Source: Rhizophagus irregularis
Lineage: Eukaryota
Reading direction: 5' to 3'
DNA: 64,000 nt
NCBI RefSeq assembly: GCF_026210795.1
Contig: NC_089429.1
Span: 1,178,001-1,242,000, forward strand
This document shows, piece after piece, positions 23,661-34,774 of this stretch. Every line of letters starts with the position of its first letter. Position 1 is the stretch's first letter. Under the pieces are notes generated by a model that saw nothing but the letters and a program-made list of their open reading frames with translations, was not told where the DNA came from and did not search any database. A program made the position numbers and the translations under genes.

Positions 23661-25106
23661 CTAAATACTATATCGATAATCATCTGTAACTTTAAATTTC
23701 TTAATAACGCCTAATTTAATATATTTATTAATTATTTCAATATTTTCATCATTTTTATCTAAGCTAGTATTTTCTTCATATAAATATACAATAATTACTA
23801 AAGAAAGTGATTTTTGTGGTACACGATTTGACCAATTTATGAAAAAGGACTCTAATTCTTTCGGAAGTAAAATAAATTGTGTGATATATAAATGATATAA
23901 TACTAGTTCATTAATATTTTGTGAATATTTCACAACTGTTTCTAATGCTTGCTTTTCGCTCAAAAAACTACCTCCACACCAAATTTTAATACTTTCTAAA
24001 TATTTGCAACTATTAAAAATTATTTTTAATGTTTCCAATTCATTATTTTTAATTCCAGTGGAAAGTTTTCTAAGCATTGGACAAAACTTAGAAATAGCTA
24101 AATTTAATAAATTATCATTACAACGTTCAATCTCACCTATATAAATTTCTTTTAGATTTTTCCCATTATTTTCTAAGAATTTTATCAGTAACCCATTGCT
24201 TGGCAATTTATGACAAATTTTTAAAACTTGTAATTGTGAAAAAATAACATATTGTAACTTTTTAAAATCAACAAAGTATTCTTCAAAATCAAATGATAAT
24301 TCAAGTTCTTGTAAATTTGAGAAATTGGCAATAAAAGTCAATGATGGAGTATAATAAATGCTACTATGAATTCTTAATTTAATTAAAGTTTTAGGAACTT
24401 TTGACATTAATGAAAAAATTACATTTGCCATATTATTATATATTATCATATCAAAGCGTTTTAAATTTCTCTGAACAGAAATTATATCTGCTATTCCATT
24501 CGAAATAATTCTTTTAAATTCTATAGTAAGTGATTGTATATTATAACATGTTTGAGATAGTTGATAAAATAATTCGGTGGAAATATCTGAACCACAGTAT
24601 AATTCTGAGAGATTTTTTAGGCAATCTTTTGCTCCAGGATATAAGGAAAAAGTTATATATGGAGATGGGGAAAAAATTAGATTTCTTAAAGAAGAGATTT
24701 CTTTCATGAACATTTGGAGTACTTCCTGCGTAACTATTTGTGTATAATTTATAAGATTTCGTGATAGAATATTTTGTTGATTTTTAAGAAGCCTTTCAAT
24801 TTTGTAATAAACTCGATTAACTGATAGAACTTTGCAAAATGATGCATAATTGAAAGTGGGAGGTTTTAAAGTTGGGGTTAAAATAGTAATTGCATTTTTA
24901 GATAAAATTTCTTTTGACTCATTTGGAAGGCAAGTAATTAAAGTACTAAAGTTCGAAGTAGTATAATTCCATTCATTTCTCCACAGAATTCTTACTGAAA
25001 CTTCACACCAAAGACGATTAACTAATATGCATGAATACAAAGTACGTATGTCCCCTTCCAAGTATTCAAAAATCTCGTTCCAACAATCAGCAAGAAGTTT
25101 AGACAT
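23661..25106 (-). CDS. F-box domain / LRR protein (second subfamily), intronless, 481 aa
   Basis: MSKLLADCWNEIFEYLEGDIRTLYSCILVNRLWCEVSVRILWRN F-box-like start; repeated LxxLxI/L (LSELYC, LQELEL, LQVLKI, LKEIYI, LESIKI). Confidence 0.88.
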   Translation of the reverse strand: MSKLLADCWNEIFEYLEGDIRTLYSCILVNRLWCEVSVRILWRNEWNYTTSNFSTLITCLPNESKEILSKNAITILTPTLKPPTFNYASFCKVLSVNRVYYKIERLLKNQQNILSRNLINYTQIVTQEVLQMFMKEISSLRNLIFSPSPYITFSLYPGAKDCLKNLSELYCGSDISTELFYQLSQTCYNIQSLTIEFKRIISNGIADIISVQRNLKRFDMIIYNNMANVIFSLMSKVPKTLIKLRIHSSIYYTPSLTFIANFSNLQELELSFDFEEYFVDFKKLQYVIFSQLQVLKICHKLPSNGLLIKFLENNGKNLKEIYIGEIERCNDNLLNLAISKFCPMLRKLSTGIKNNELETLKIIFNSCKYLESIKIWCGGSFLSEKQALETVVKYSQNINELVLYHLYITQFILLPKELESFFINWSNRVPQKSLSLVIIVYLYEENTSLDKNDENIEIINKYIKLGVIKKFKVTDDYRYSI

Positions 25107-25259
25107 TGTTTTTCAAATACAACAAAAAAGAGTTTGAACTTTAAAATGAGGCGAAAAGTTCGTTATTTATGATTATGCCGATCGTGTTACAAACACAAAG
25201 GTCATTTGGTCTTACAAGTTTAATTAAGGTAACATGTAAAGCTAATATGAACAACCAGT

Positions 25260-25798
25260 ACTGATTGGCTGCTTTCTTACGTATATGTGTTTAAAAAATT
25301 GAGTTTTGATATGAAATTTTGCACGATCAAAGAGTGCTGTAACAGTTCAGACTAATAAACAAGAGAGAATTTTATATATTTTTTTTATTATATTTCTTAA
25401 ATTTCATAAAAAAATATCACTATTTAATTTTGACATTATTAATTTCTTTAGGAGTGAAACGGTATAGAAAATATTTTTTTTAAATTTAAACTCGAAATGA
25501 AATATGAAAATGAATTTATCATAATACAAATATTTACATATATGCGGAAATTAAAATTTCTAAGAAAAATTAAGTATTTAATATAAGATTGGAATCTTTA
25601 GTATTCTTAGTATTTCAATTCATTACCGGGTTCAACCAAATAAGTTCGGATAATTTTATTTTTCCAGATATCTGGATATTTACGATTTTTATACTGTATC
25701 TGGTTATAAATATATGGATTTTGACCCAGAATCCGGATAATAAATTTTTTTAAAAAATCAAAAACTCGATTTTCGATTTCAGGATCGGATAGAGACGA
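25260..25798. repeat. Near-identical ~540-bp direct repeat, copy 1 (copy 2 at 29102-29645)
   Basis: Both copies run from ACTGATTGGCTGCTTTCTTACGTAT to TTTCAGGATCGGATAGAGACGAA with only small indels. Confidence 0.9.
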
Positions 25799-26611
25799 AA
25801 TTGAAATTCAAAAATATTTTGATTATCATAAAATTTTTCACTTCTTCATAATGGTAGTGGCGCAGCAATTTTGATGACCACGATTAAATCGATTAATGGA
25901 AAAATCAAACCTTTTATACACTATTATCATTATAATTTTGTATTATTTTTATTTATAATTTTTGTCCTTTATTATGCTTAATTTATATTTATTATGATAC
26001 ATTTATTGTGATACATTTATTGTGTAAACTGATAAAAAAATATCTTCCAAATTTTTTGAAAACTGGCATAATTCCGGCCAAAATTATACACTTTAAAATT
26101 GTCTGTCTAGGAAATATTTTAAAAAAAAGCAACTCAGATAAAGTGATAGTAAGTTTATATATAAATAGCAAATCAGTTGCTACATCAAGTTCAAAAAGTA
26201 TGAACTAAGTGTTTATGAATATTACAAAACTGAAAATTTCAATTTCTTCTGAGTTCTTATTTTAATCAACTCAATTAATGATATATATATGAAGCGATCT
26301 TCATTAAAAAATAATATTGGATTAAAGTGAGAGATGTACAAATGTAGCATATGAAAACAAATTTTCTAGGCTTATCATAAAATATATTCCGCAGTAAAAA
26401 CTAGAATACATATGAAATAGTTGATCTTTTTATAGCGATGGGCAGTTACGTCTGTAAACTAGCTTGGCTTGAATCCAATAATTTAATAGATTACTATAAA
26501 TTGTAAAACCAAGAAAAAGATTTTAACCAGAAAAAACAAGTTCCCGTGGGAACTTACTGTTACCTGCCAAAATCTAGCAGCTACCTGCTGCAATCTCTGC
26601 TGCAACTTCAA

Positions 26612-26771
26612 CCCTATAAAATTTATCCGTTATTGAGCCTTTCACGAATCCATTCACGGAAAATGCAAATAATTCGATAAATTCCTTGATATAAAGTTAT
26701 TAATTCCGGAAATATGAGCCTTTTACGGAAAAAAGATGGAATAAAAAAACGGATTGACTTTTTTTACAGGG
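26612..26771. mobile_element. 160-bp MITE with CCCT(A/G)TAAAA termini
   Basis: CCCTATAAAA...TTTTACAGGG; TSD CAA at 26609-26611 and 26772-26774; absent from the paralogous region near 1070-1250. Confidence 0.7.
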
Positions 26772-27236
26772 CAACGGATACAGAGAACCTAAACCTACAT
26801 TTCATTTCTTAGTCTATTGGTTGGATCTTTTGTCGATCAGGTATGGCACACCAGTCGTTTATTAAATGCTTGTTTAAGCGCTTAAAGTGTGGTTTTAAAC
26901 GTTTATTTTCACATATAAATTTTATAGATTTCATTTATAGAAATAGAAAAAAAAATTTTTGTTTAAGAGAAATCCCAAATTTGTAAAAAAAAAAATTATA
27001 AACGTTTAAATGTAAAATAATTGCTTAAAATAATACTTTAAGCGTAAAAATATGAAAATTGTAAAAATCAACATGTGATAATCAGGTGGATGAAATTAAC
27101 AGAATTATTTAAAAGGAATGATTTACATATTATTTTTGGTTCTTTTGTTGTCCTTTTATGGAACACTAAATTGTACAACTTTGACAACTGATAAATATAA
27201 ATTTATTTTGAACGAAAGCAACTCCCTTTTAATAAC

Positions 27237-28880
27237 ATGGCATGCTCAAAAATATTTTCAGGAGATTTACCCGAATTAACAAATGAAATTATACAGTATT
27301 TTAGAAAAGATTTTTCAACATTGTATTCATGCATTTTAATTAATAGATTATGGTGTCGTTTAGCCATTCCATTATTATGGGAAGATCCATTTTTAAAGGA
27401 TGATCCCGATAATCACCACCTTATTAAAGTTTACTTAAGTAAGTTAAATGAAGATGTCAAAACAAAATTATATGAATGTGGAGTTAATAATAATTTAATA
27501 TCCTCAAATACATCATTATTCAATTATCCTAGTTTTATTAAATACTTAAATATAGATAGAATTATAAGTTCTGTTCAAACGTGGGTTTGTACTGTAGGTG
27601 GTAAAAACCAATGGAAGCTAGTAAACTTAATTTATAGGTCATTACTTGAAATGTTTATTGAAAATGAAGGAAATTTACATTCTTTTGAAGCTGAACTGCT
27701 TACGTATTATGATGATGATTACTTTGATAATAATATAGACTTGATTTTACAAAATCCAAATCTTACATATAATATTAGAAATTTAACATTCCATATTTTT
27801 AATTATAATACTCAAAATATTATTAAGTTATTGGAAATTTTATATTCTAATTGCAATTCAATCTCAACAATGGTTTTAGGAATTCATATATATAATAATG
27901 ATTATCGTTCATTAATTCAAAAATGGTTAATACAAATAATTATTTCACAACATAATCTCAGAAAAATTTCATTTGAATATGATATTGATTTATATAATCC
28001 ATTTTTATCATTAAAAAATTCTAATTGTTCAAATACTTTAAATACAATTATATTTCATTCTACTGATTTTAAGGATATAATTAGTATTTTACAAGAGGTT
28101 TTTGATCAATTGAATGCTTTAGAATCTATTCATATTCTTTATTGTCGTTCTTTAAATTCTGATTTTGTTCAACAAATTATTATGGTTAATAAACCATTTA
28201 AATTGAGATCTTTGTTTATGGATGAAATATTACATTTTGAATCAATACAATTGCTATTACTGAAATTTAGTGATTATCTGGAAAATTTTGGATTTGAATC
28301 TATGATGTTTAGTGATTATGATGAACCAAAACGACAATTAATTGAATTTATTACGAAATATTGTAAAAAGATTAGATATTTTGAATCGGGAATACTTGAT
28401 GATAATAATATTTATTTATTCATTGAAAATAATCAACATAATATTAATTATCTTACTATTGAAGCATATGCTGATAGGTATACTGATTATAGGGAATTAA
28501 GCTCAACTGTATTACAGAATTTAGGACAAGTTCTTCCTTCTAAATTAGAATATTTATGTTTATCCCTTTCATTTAGGACAAATGAACTGGAAATATTTTT
28601 AAAAAATTCACAAAATACTTTTATTAAGAAATTATTAATTAGAAATATTATGGTAGATAAAAGTGAGAATATTTTATTTTGTATAAAGAAATATATTATG
28701 AAGAAGGAAAGGGTTAAATATTTGGCTATTACTAATCATGATGATTTAGATAATGAATTATTTACTTTAAAAAACGAAGTAAATGAATTTAAATTACATA
28801 ATATTATAGTTAAAAAATTCTATAATTTAAATTTTAATTCATATAGTTTTATAGATAATTATTGTTTGCAATATGAATAA
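27237..28880 (+). CDS. F-box domain / RNI-like LRR protein, intronless, 547 aa
   Basis: MACSKIFSGDLPELTNEIIQYFRKDFSTLYSCILINRLWCRLAIPLLWEDPF; closest paralog of 1741-3369. Confidence 0.88.
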   Translation: MACSKIFSGDLPELTNEIIQYFRKDFSTLYSCILINRLWCRLAIPLLWEDPFLKDDPDNHHLIKVYLSKLNEDVKTKLYECGVNNNLISSNTSLFNYPSFIKYLNIDRIISSVQTWVCTVGGKNQWKLVNLIYRSLLEMFIENEGNLHSFEAELLTYYDDDYFDNNIDLILQNPNLTYNIRNLTFHIFNYNTQNIIKLLEILYSNCNSISTMVLGIHIYNNDYRSLIQKWLIQIIISQHNLRKISFEYDIDLYNPFLSLKNSNCSNTLNTIIFHSTDFKDIISILQEVFDQLNALESIHILYCRSLNSDFVQQIIMVNKPFKLRSLFMDEILHFESIQLLLLKFSDYLENFGFESMMFSDYDEPKRQLIEFITKYCKKIRYFESGILDDNNIYLFIENNQHNINYLTIEAYADRYTDYRELSSTVLQNLGQVLPSKLEYLCLSLSFRTNELEIFLKNSQNTFIKKLLIRNIMVDKSENILFCIKKYIMKKERVKYLAITNHDDLDNELFTLKNEVNEFKLHNIIVKKFYNLNFNSYSFIDNYCLQYE

Positions 28881-30279
28881 ATAAAGACCTGTAAAATTTA
28901 TTAATTATAAAGGCGGAAGTTGTACTTTAATTCATTAATGTACTGTAAAATATAGAAACTTCTAGAATCTCGATCAATCCTAATTAACGTTAAAAGAACA
29001 GTACCTGCAACACCATGTTATGTTTGATTATGAAAAGCAAGCCATTATATAAAAATCGCCATCGAAATATATAGAATGTCTGATAACTCCTAGAATTATT
29101 AACTGATTGGCTGCTTTCTTACGTATGTGTTTAAAAAATTGAGAATAAGAAAATTTTTGATATGAAATTTTGTACGATCAAAGAGTGCTGTAACAGTTCA
29201 GACTAATAAACAAGAGAGATTTTTTTTATTTTTATTTTTATTGTATTTCTTAAATTTCATAAAAAATATCATTATTTAATTTTGACATTATTAATTTCTT
29301 TAGGAGTGAAACGATATAGAAAATATTTTTTTTTAAATTTAAATTCGAAATGAAATATGAAAATGAATTTATCATAATACAAATATTTACATATTTGCGA
29401 AAATTTAAAATTTCTAAGAAAAATTAAGTATTTAATAAAAGGTTGGAATCTTTAGTATTTTTAGTATTTCAATTCATTACCGGGTTCAACCAAATAAGCC
29501 CGGATAATTTTATTTTTCCAGATATCTGGATATTTACGATTTTTATATCTGGTTATAAATATCTGGATTTTGACCCAGAATCCGGATAATAAATTTTTTT
29601 TAAAAAAAAACTCGATTTTCGATTTCAGGATCGGATAGAGACGAAGGAAATTTACATTCTTTTGAAGTTGCACTGTCTATTTTTCATGGTTATAATTATT
29701 TTGATGGTAATTTGGACTTAAATTTACAAGATCCAATTATTCAAGTTTTACATGCAATATCAGAGGTATAACATTTCGTAATCGTAATTCGTTTTAAAAT
29801 ACATTTCAAAATACTATACCACTTTTGAAATTTTTATTCTAATTATTCTAATTGCAGTTTAATTTCATTGTTTGGTTTTGAATTTCTTACCACTTAGCAC
29901 TTAGGGATTGGAATCGATTTCCATAATTAGAATCGATTTAAAATCGACTAACCGCGATTAATCGTTTCTCAAATTTCGATTCTAAAATTCGATTTTCGAT
30001 TTCGATCGTTTCTAATCGATTGTGCATCATTAAACCTGTGGCAGGAAAATTTCCAATGATAACATATTTAACATATAAATCATTTGATCATTAAATTTAT
30101 GATTTTGCATTTAAAATAAAACGTTTATTGCACGAATATCAGTGATCGGAGGTAACTCTGGCCAAGCTTATAATTCCGGTCAGAATTAAAACTTTAGTAT
30201 AACGCGAAGATCTGCTGTCACGTGATTTATAATTTCTATAGTTTCGATTTTTTATTTGATAATCGAGTTTAATCAATTC

Positions 30280-32849
30280 AAAAAAAAAAAAAACTCTTTC
30301 CCCTTTCCATTTTTTCACATAGAAATCCGCAGTAAAACACTTTTTTTTATTTATTTACACCCCCTTTTACGTTTTCAACGTTCGAGAAGAAAGAAGACCA
30401 CTGGGTGGCTTCTTATGGAAAGGTTCTTCTCCTTATTACCCGACCTCTGAAAGAAGTTTTTTTATATTTTACCTTATTATTACATAACGTAATAAATATT
30501 ATGGTTTTTATTTTTCATAAACCTATCCCTTTGGGAAAATTTTCTTTCGACGTTTCATTCCATAAATTTCACGTGACTAGACCCAAGCGGGCTGGATGTA
30601 ACAAGATTTACGAAATCAGAAGATCAAAAAGTTTCTTTTTTGAGTTAGCTGATTTTTCATCAAACACCAATGATATTCATCTTAAAATACACACAAATGA
30701 TTATCACATGAAATCAACCCCTATTAGCTACTCTTCCACCTGTAGCTTTCCTAATCTGAAATATCAGATTAGTAAGATGTTACAACATTTTTTTTCTCAT
30801 CAAAAAGTCATCCCACGCTCCATTCAAAAGAGATATTTTAATCTTATTCGTTCTAAATTAATAGATAGATATTTCGTTATCAAATCACGTGCTGACAGTG
30901 TCGCACAAAGAAATTCCCGCACAAAAACTTTCTTTAACTTTTCTTATAAACGTTATCGTTTCCATTTTGGTATCTTTACACCATGTAATTTTTCCACCAC
31001 TCACAATTTTGGAACAGAACACACACAGTTGTGTAGTGTCCCCTCCCCTTACATCATGTCTCAGAATAGACGAGCTTGTGTTTCCCATCATAAAAATTTA
31101 GATATTTTTCATAATATCAAGAAACACACGCCGGTACCAATTAATAACATTATCAATAACAAAAGGTTCCATGCAACCCTTATTCATAAACAATGGCAAC
31201 ATCATGTCAAAAAACACATTTATTCAAATCGTCTTGGAATTTCCTACGATGTTTCATACTTAACTAATGGACATAAAGCTCTTTCCACATACAACGAGCG
31301 TCGTATGTACCGAAAATGATTGGACAATTTCCGTTCACACCACTCCGATAGTAGTAAAAGGAGTAAAAAACAAAAATCCCGCTTTCAACGGGCTTGTAGA
31401 TATGTTTTCTACAATCAGGGTAACAACCGAAAATCTAATAGACGTGTGGATAGTCTTGATGAAAAGCTTTACCGTGCTAGACAACATCGTTTCCTATTTT
31501 TACCTTCACAACACATTAATAAACCTATACAACATCTAAAATATCATAAAAGACCAACGCTTAGAGATGAGGCACAATACAATTTTCCTATACCCCCTGC
31601 ATCACGCAGACCTTTCGGCACAATAGCCGATCTGAACCCTTTTATTGACCAAGCGAATCGATTATATCCAGGGAATAATTCACTTAGTACTTCAAATACT
31701 CACTCACCTGCCACCACCTCACAACCCATTCTCCTCAAAGAAGAGAATACGTGGCATGAGACGTTGGGCATCTGGATTCCTAACGACCTCTTCCCTTATG
31801 TAACCGACGAACCTGTTTATATATCTAAAAGACAGGCCACTCTCAAAGGTCGACAACATGATCCAGGCAGTACGGAGTGGTTAAAAGTTATTAGAAACCG
31901 TAAAAAGGCTCATGAATCGGTCGAATGACAAGAAAAAGAACGTCTTCTTCGTGAAGAAGACCTTTCCGCTAGAGCTAAACTCTGGGGTACCTCTTCCAAC
32001 AGTATAGAATACCGTGAAGAAATGACGAAAGATCTCACTAAATTTCAAGATCATTATCACAAGAAAATCACACCTCTAATTGAGCGTCGTGCTGTTCTAA
32101 AGAACAGAATTACACAAGGAAAAAATGTTTACAAAACCAACAAACAGTTGCTCCAATTGGAGCGCGAATTAGGTGTTTTCAAAATCGACTACTTCTCAGT
32201 CATAGATGACAATGCATATCATTATCGTTACAAAGGACACACTTCAGATGATACGAAACAACTTGAGCTCAGACCACATAAACGTCCCCCTACCCTAACT
32301 ATAAATATAGATAGGCACAATACTGAGGTCAAAAAATTGAGACTAGATATTCCGTCTCCTGAAGACTCTAAAGTCTTCGCTTCACCTTAACCCCATTCGG
32401 TTACCACTATCAGCTTATTTTTTTACTTTAGTGGCACGCTGATAGTTATAGATTTATATTATTTCTGCCACATTTTTACTATTGACTTGTAATTTATTAC
32501 ATCTTTTTTTTTGGGTTACCCCCACGTACAAAATTTTATACCAACGTACAACAATTAGAATAGTGTTAACCATTCCACCTATGACAGTATTTACAGGTGG
32601 CGGCTTTTAATGGCCGAAAGAAAAATACGGATCGTTTCTTTTTTTGATTTGATTGCCTTTTCTTTGGTCCATTGGGATGTGATGTCGTGTTAGGGACTCC
32701 TCCAGGTTCGTTAAAGGTACCAGAGTGGCGCTGTCCTCGGGCGGTTTGATTATAGCTTAGTATTAGATAGCGTTCGACTTTTGTTTTATCTTTTGTTCTT
32801 GTCTATCTTTCTGTAATCTTGTTCACGTGGTTTTTAAAAATAAAAATAA
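30280..32849 (+). mobile_element. A-tailed retroposon with 19-bp TSD carrying a single non-RT ORF
   Basis: Exact TSD AATCGAGTTTAATCAATTC at 30261-30279 and 32850-32868; TAAAAATAAAAATAA tail; no RT or endonuclease motifs. Confidence 0.85.
30501..32390 (+). pseudogene. Basic Arg/Lys/His-rich ~629-codon ORF of unknown function, interrupted by two in-frame TGA codons
   Basis: ORF-track pieces 30405-31319, 31320-31928 and 32022-32390 are all in one frame with no frameshift; only TGA at 31317-31319 and 31926-31928 interrupt. Likely ATG at 30501 (MVFIFHKP). Motifs HIYSNRLGISY, YKRYRFHFGIF. Confidence 0.75.
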
Positions 32850-32972
32850 AATCGAGTTTAATCAATTCTGTCGAATTCGATTTTGGCAGAATCGTGTAGA
32901 ATCGATTCCAATCCCTATCACCAGTTCACCACTAGCCATTCATTAATTGAAAAATGTTTATCACAAATAATT

Positions 32973-34229
32973 GTTTTTTTTTTTTTTTGTTAGTAACTTA
33001 GTAACTTGCATTCTTTTATTTATCTTATTGCATTATACAATTTGTAATTTAAAAGTAATACATAGTAAAGAATACTATCTACTAGCTCCATATTATTATG
33101 GATGTATTAATAAAAATATTAATACTAAAACTATATTAATACTATATACTACTGAAAAATAAAAATTCTAACTATCACAAATTACACAAATCTGGCCTAT
33201 AACCGTATCTCCACGTATCTTGATGAGGTCTATTAATAATTAAACTGTTACTAACTCTATTTTCTACAATAATTTCTTTTTTAATTCTTTTTGCATTATA
33301 TTGATATTTGCACTTTTTTTAAGGTATTTGTTTTTTCTTCACTACCATCTTCCAATCATATTTCCGTTGTCACGTCCGACTGATCTTCACGCTTTCGTTT
33401 TTTGTCAACCATGGTGACGCCTTTACCTTTTTCTATTTCACTAATTTTACTACATTTTTCTAACCATATATCCGTTCTTATATTAAAAAGCAATTTTCCC
33501 AAATTTCTTCTAGAAATTGACGTTCCACTTTAGAATTACACATTTTGTATAATTTATTGTTAAAAATCCCCCTTGTTAATTCCCGCATCCGCAACTGTCT
33601 TCCTAATATTAACACATTAGTCATAAATATTACTATTTCCTTGGCCAACGTTTTAACAATTTATATCTTTCTTCATCTCCTGAGTCCTTAAATTTTTCTT
33701 CGAGCACAATTAACGTTTTAATTAAAACATCATATTCTGTCGTTGCAAGACCACACATGTTCCCAATCTTCTACATCTATTTCACATCTAGGACATAAAT
33801 CAGTCATTACATGGCCGCAATCTCTTTCAAATAATATCGTATAAGTTGGTAGTAGTTTCATAAATTTTTAATCTTATACGACCGTAGAGCATTATCTAAC
33901 GCGTCCGTGAATTTTTTATTTGACGATGTACCTTTCTGAATAAAATTAAAAGTGTTCTTCCAATTAATCTCTTGTAGCTCATTACGATAAAATACATATT
34001 CAAGATATCGACAGGTTAGGATATTTTGCTTTATATTCAATTTGATTTAATTTTTTAACGTAATTTTTGTAGTCACCATATATTATATTCTTTTTCCACC
34101 TTAATGTATTAAATGCCAAATCAATGAGCTCTACTTTAATTAGATCCACGTCTTCATCTATCTTATTGTCGTCATTCTGTCTATCCTTAAGCTCGCACCA
34201 CTCAATTGATAAATTTTTATCACGTATTA
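32973..34229 (-). mobile_element. 5'-truncated, decayed LINE (ORF2 C-terminus with CCHC zinc finger)
   Basis: Poly-T at 32974-32988; TSD TATCACAAATAATT at 32959-32972 and 34230-34243; minus-strand LLPTYTILFERD...LCPRCEIDVEDWEHVWSC, the C-terminal CCHC motif of LINE ORF2. Confidence 0.82.
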
Positions 34230-34774
34230 TATCACAAATAATTATTTCACGACATAATCTCAAAAAATTTCTTTGGATATTTTGCTAATTTATATAATCC
34301 ATTTTTATCATTGAAAAATTTTAACTGTTCAAATACTTAAATACAATTATATTTGATAGTATTGACTTTAAAAATATAATTACAATTTTACAGAAGATTT
34401 TTGATCAATTGAATGTTTTAGAATCTATTCATCTTATTCTTTAGATTATGATTTTGTTCAACAAATTATTAAGGTTAATAAACCTTTTAAATTGAGATCT
34501 TATTTGTAAATGAAATATTACATATTGAATCATTGCAATTACTATTACAGCAATTTAGTGATTGTTTAGAAAATTTTAGTTTTGGATGGGAGAGGAATAT
34601 AAAGAACCAATACTGCCAAAACAACGATTATTTAAATTTATTATAAAATATTGTAAGAAGATTAGATATTTTGATTCGGGTACACCTGATAATATGTAAT
34701 AATATTTACTTAATCATTGAAAATAGTCAACACAAAATTTTAGGACAGGTTCATCCTTCTAAATTAGAATATCT

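Larger units (their letters stand above)
26115..29100 (+). repeat. Segmental duplication of about 500-3570 (upstream region, F-box gene and downstream flank)
   Basis: Collinear non-coding blocks (AAATAGCAAATCAGTT.CTACATCAAGTTCAA, TCCGCAGTAAAAACTAGAATAC, AACTAGCTTGGCTTGA, AGCGCTTAAAGT, GGAAGTTGTACTTTAATTCATTAATG) flank both genes. Confidence 0.88.
29902..32917. mobile_element. hAT-like non-autonomous element, interrupted by a retroposon
   Basis: Perfect 18-bp TIR TAGGGATTGGAATCGATT (29902-29919; reverse complement 32900-32917); ATCGAT-rich subterminal repeats; the 8-bp flanks TTAGCACT/TCACCAGT match at only 5 of 8. Confidence 0.75.
29643..34772 (+). pseudogene. 5'-truncated F-box/LRR pseudogene split by nested insertions (pieces about 29643-29901, 32918-32972, 34244-34772)
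   Basis: EGNLHSFEV..., SLIEKCLSQII, ISRHNLKK, LYNPFLSLKN, FDQLNVLESIH, KPFKLRS, KYCKKIRYFDSG, LGQVHPSKLEY match the MACSK family, with frameshifts. Confidence 0.85.

Noticed and set aside
32570..32625. Possible hammerhead ribozyme in the retroposon 3' UTR (stem followed by GAAA)
   Set aside because: The CTGANGA core is absent; only generic hairpins are supported.
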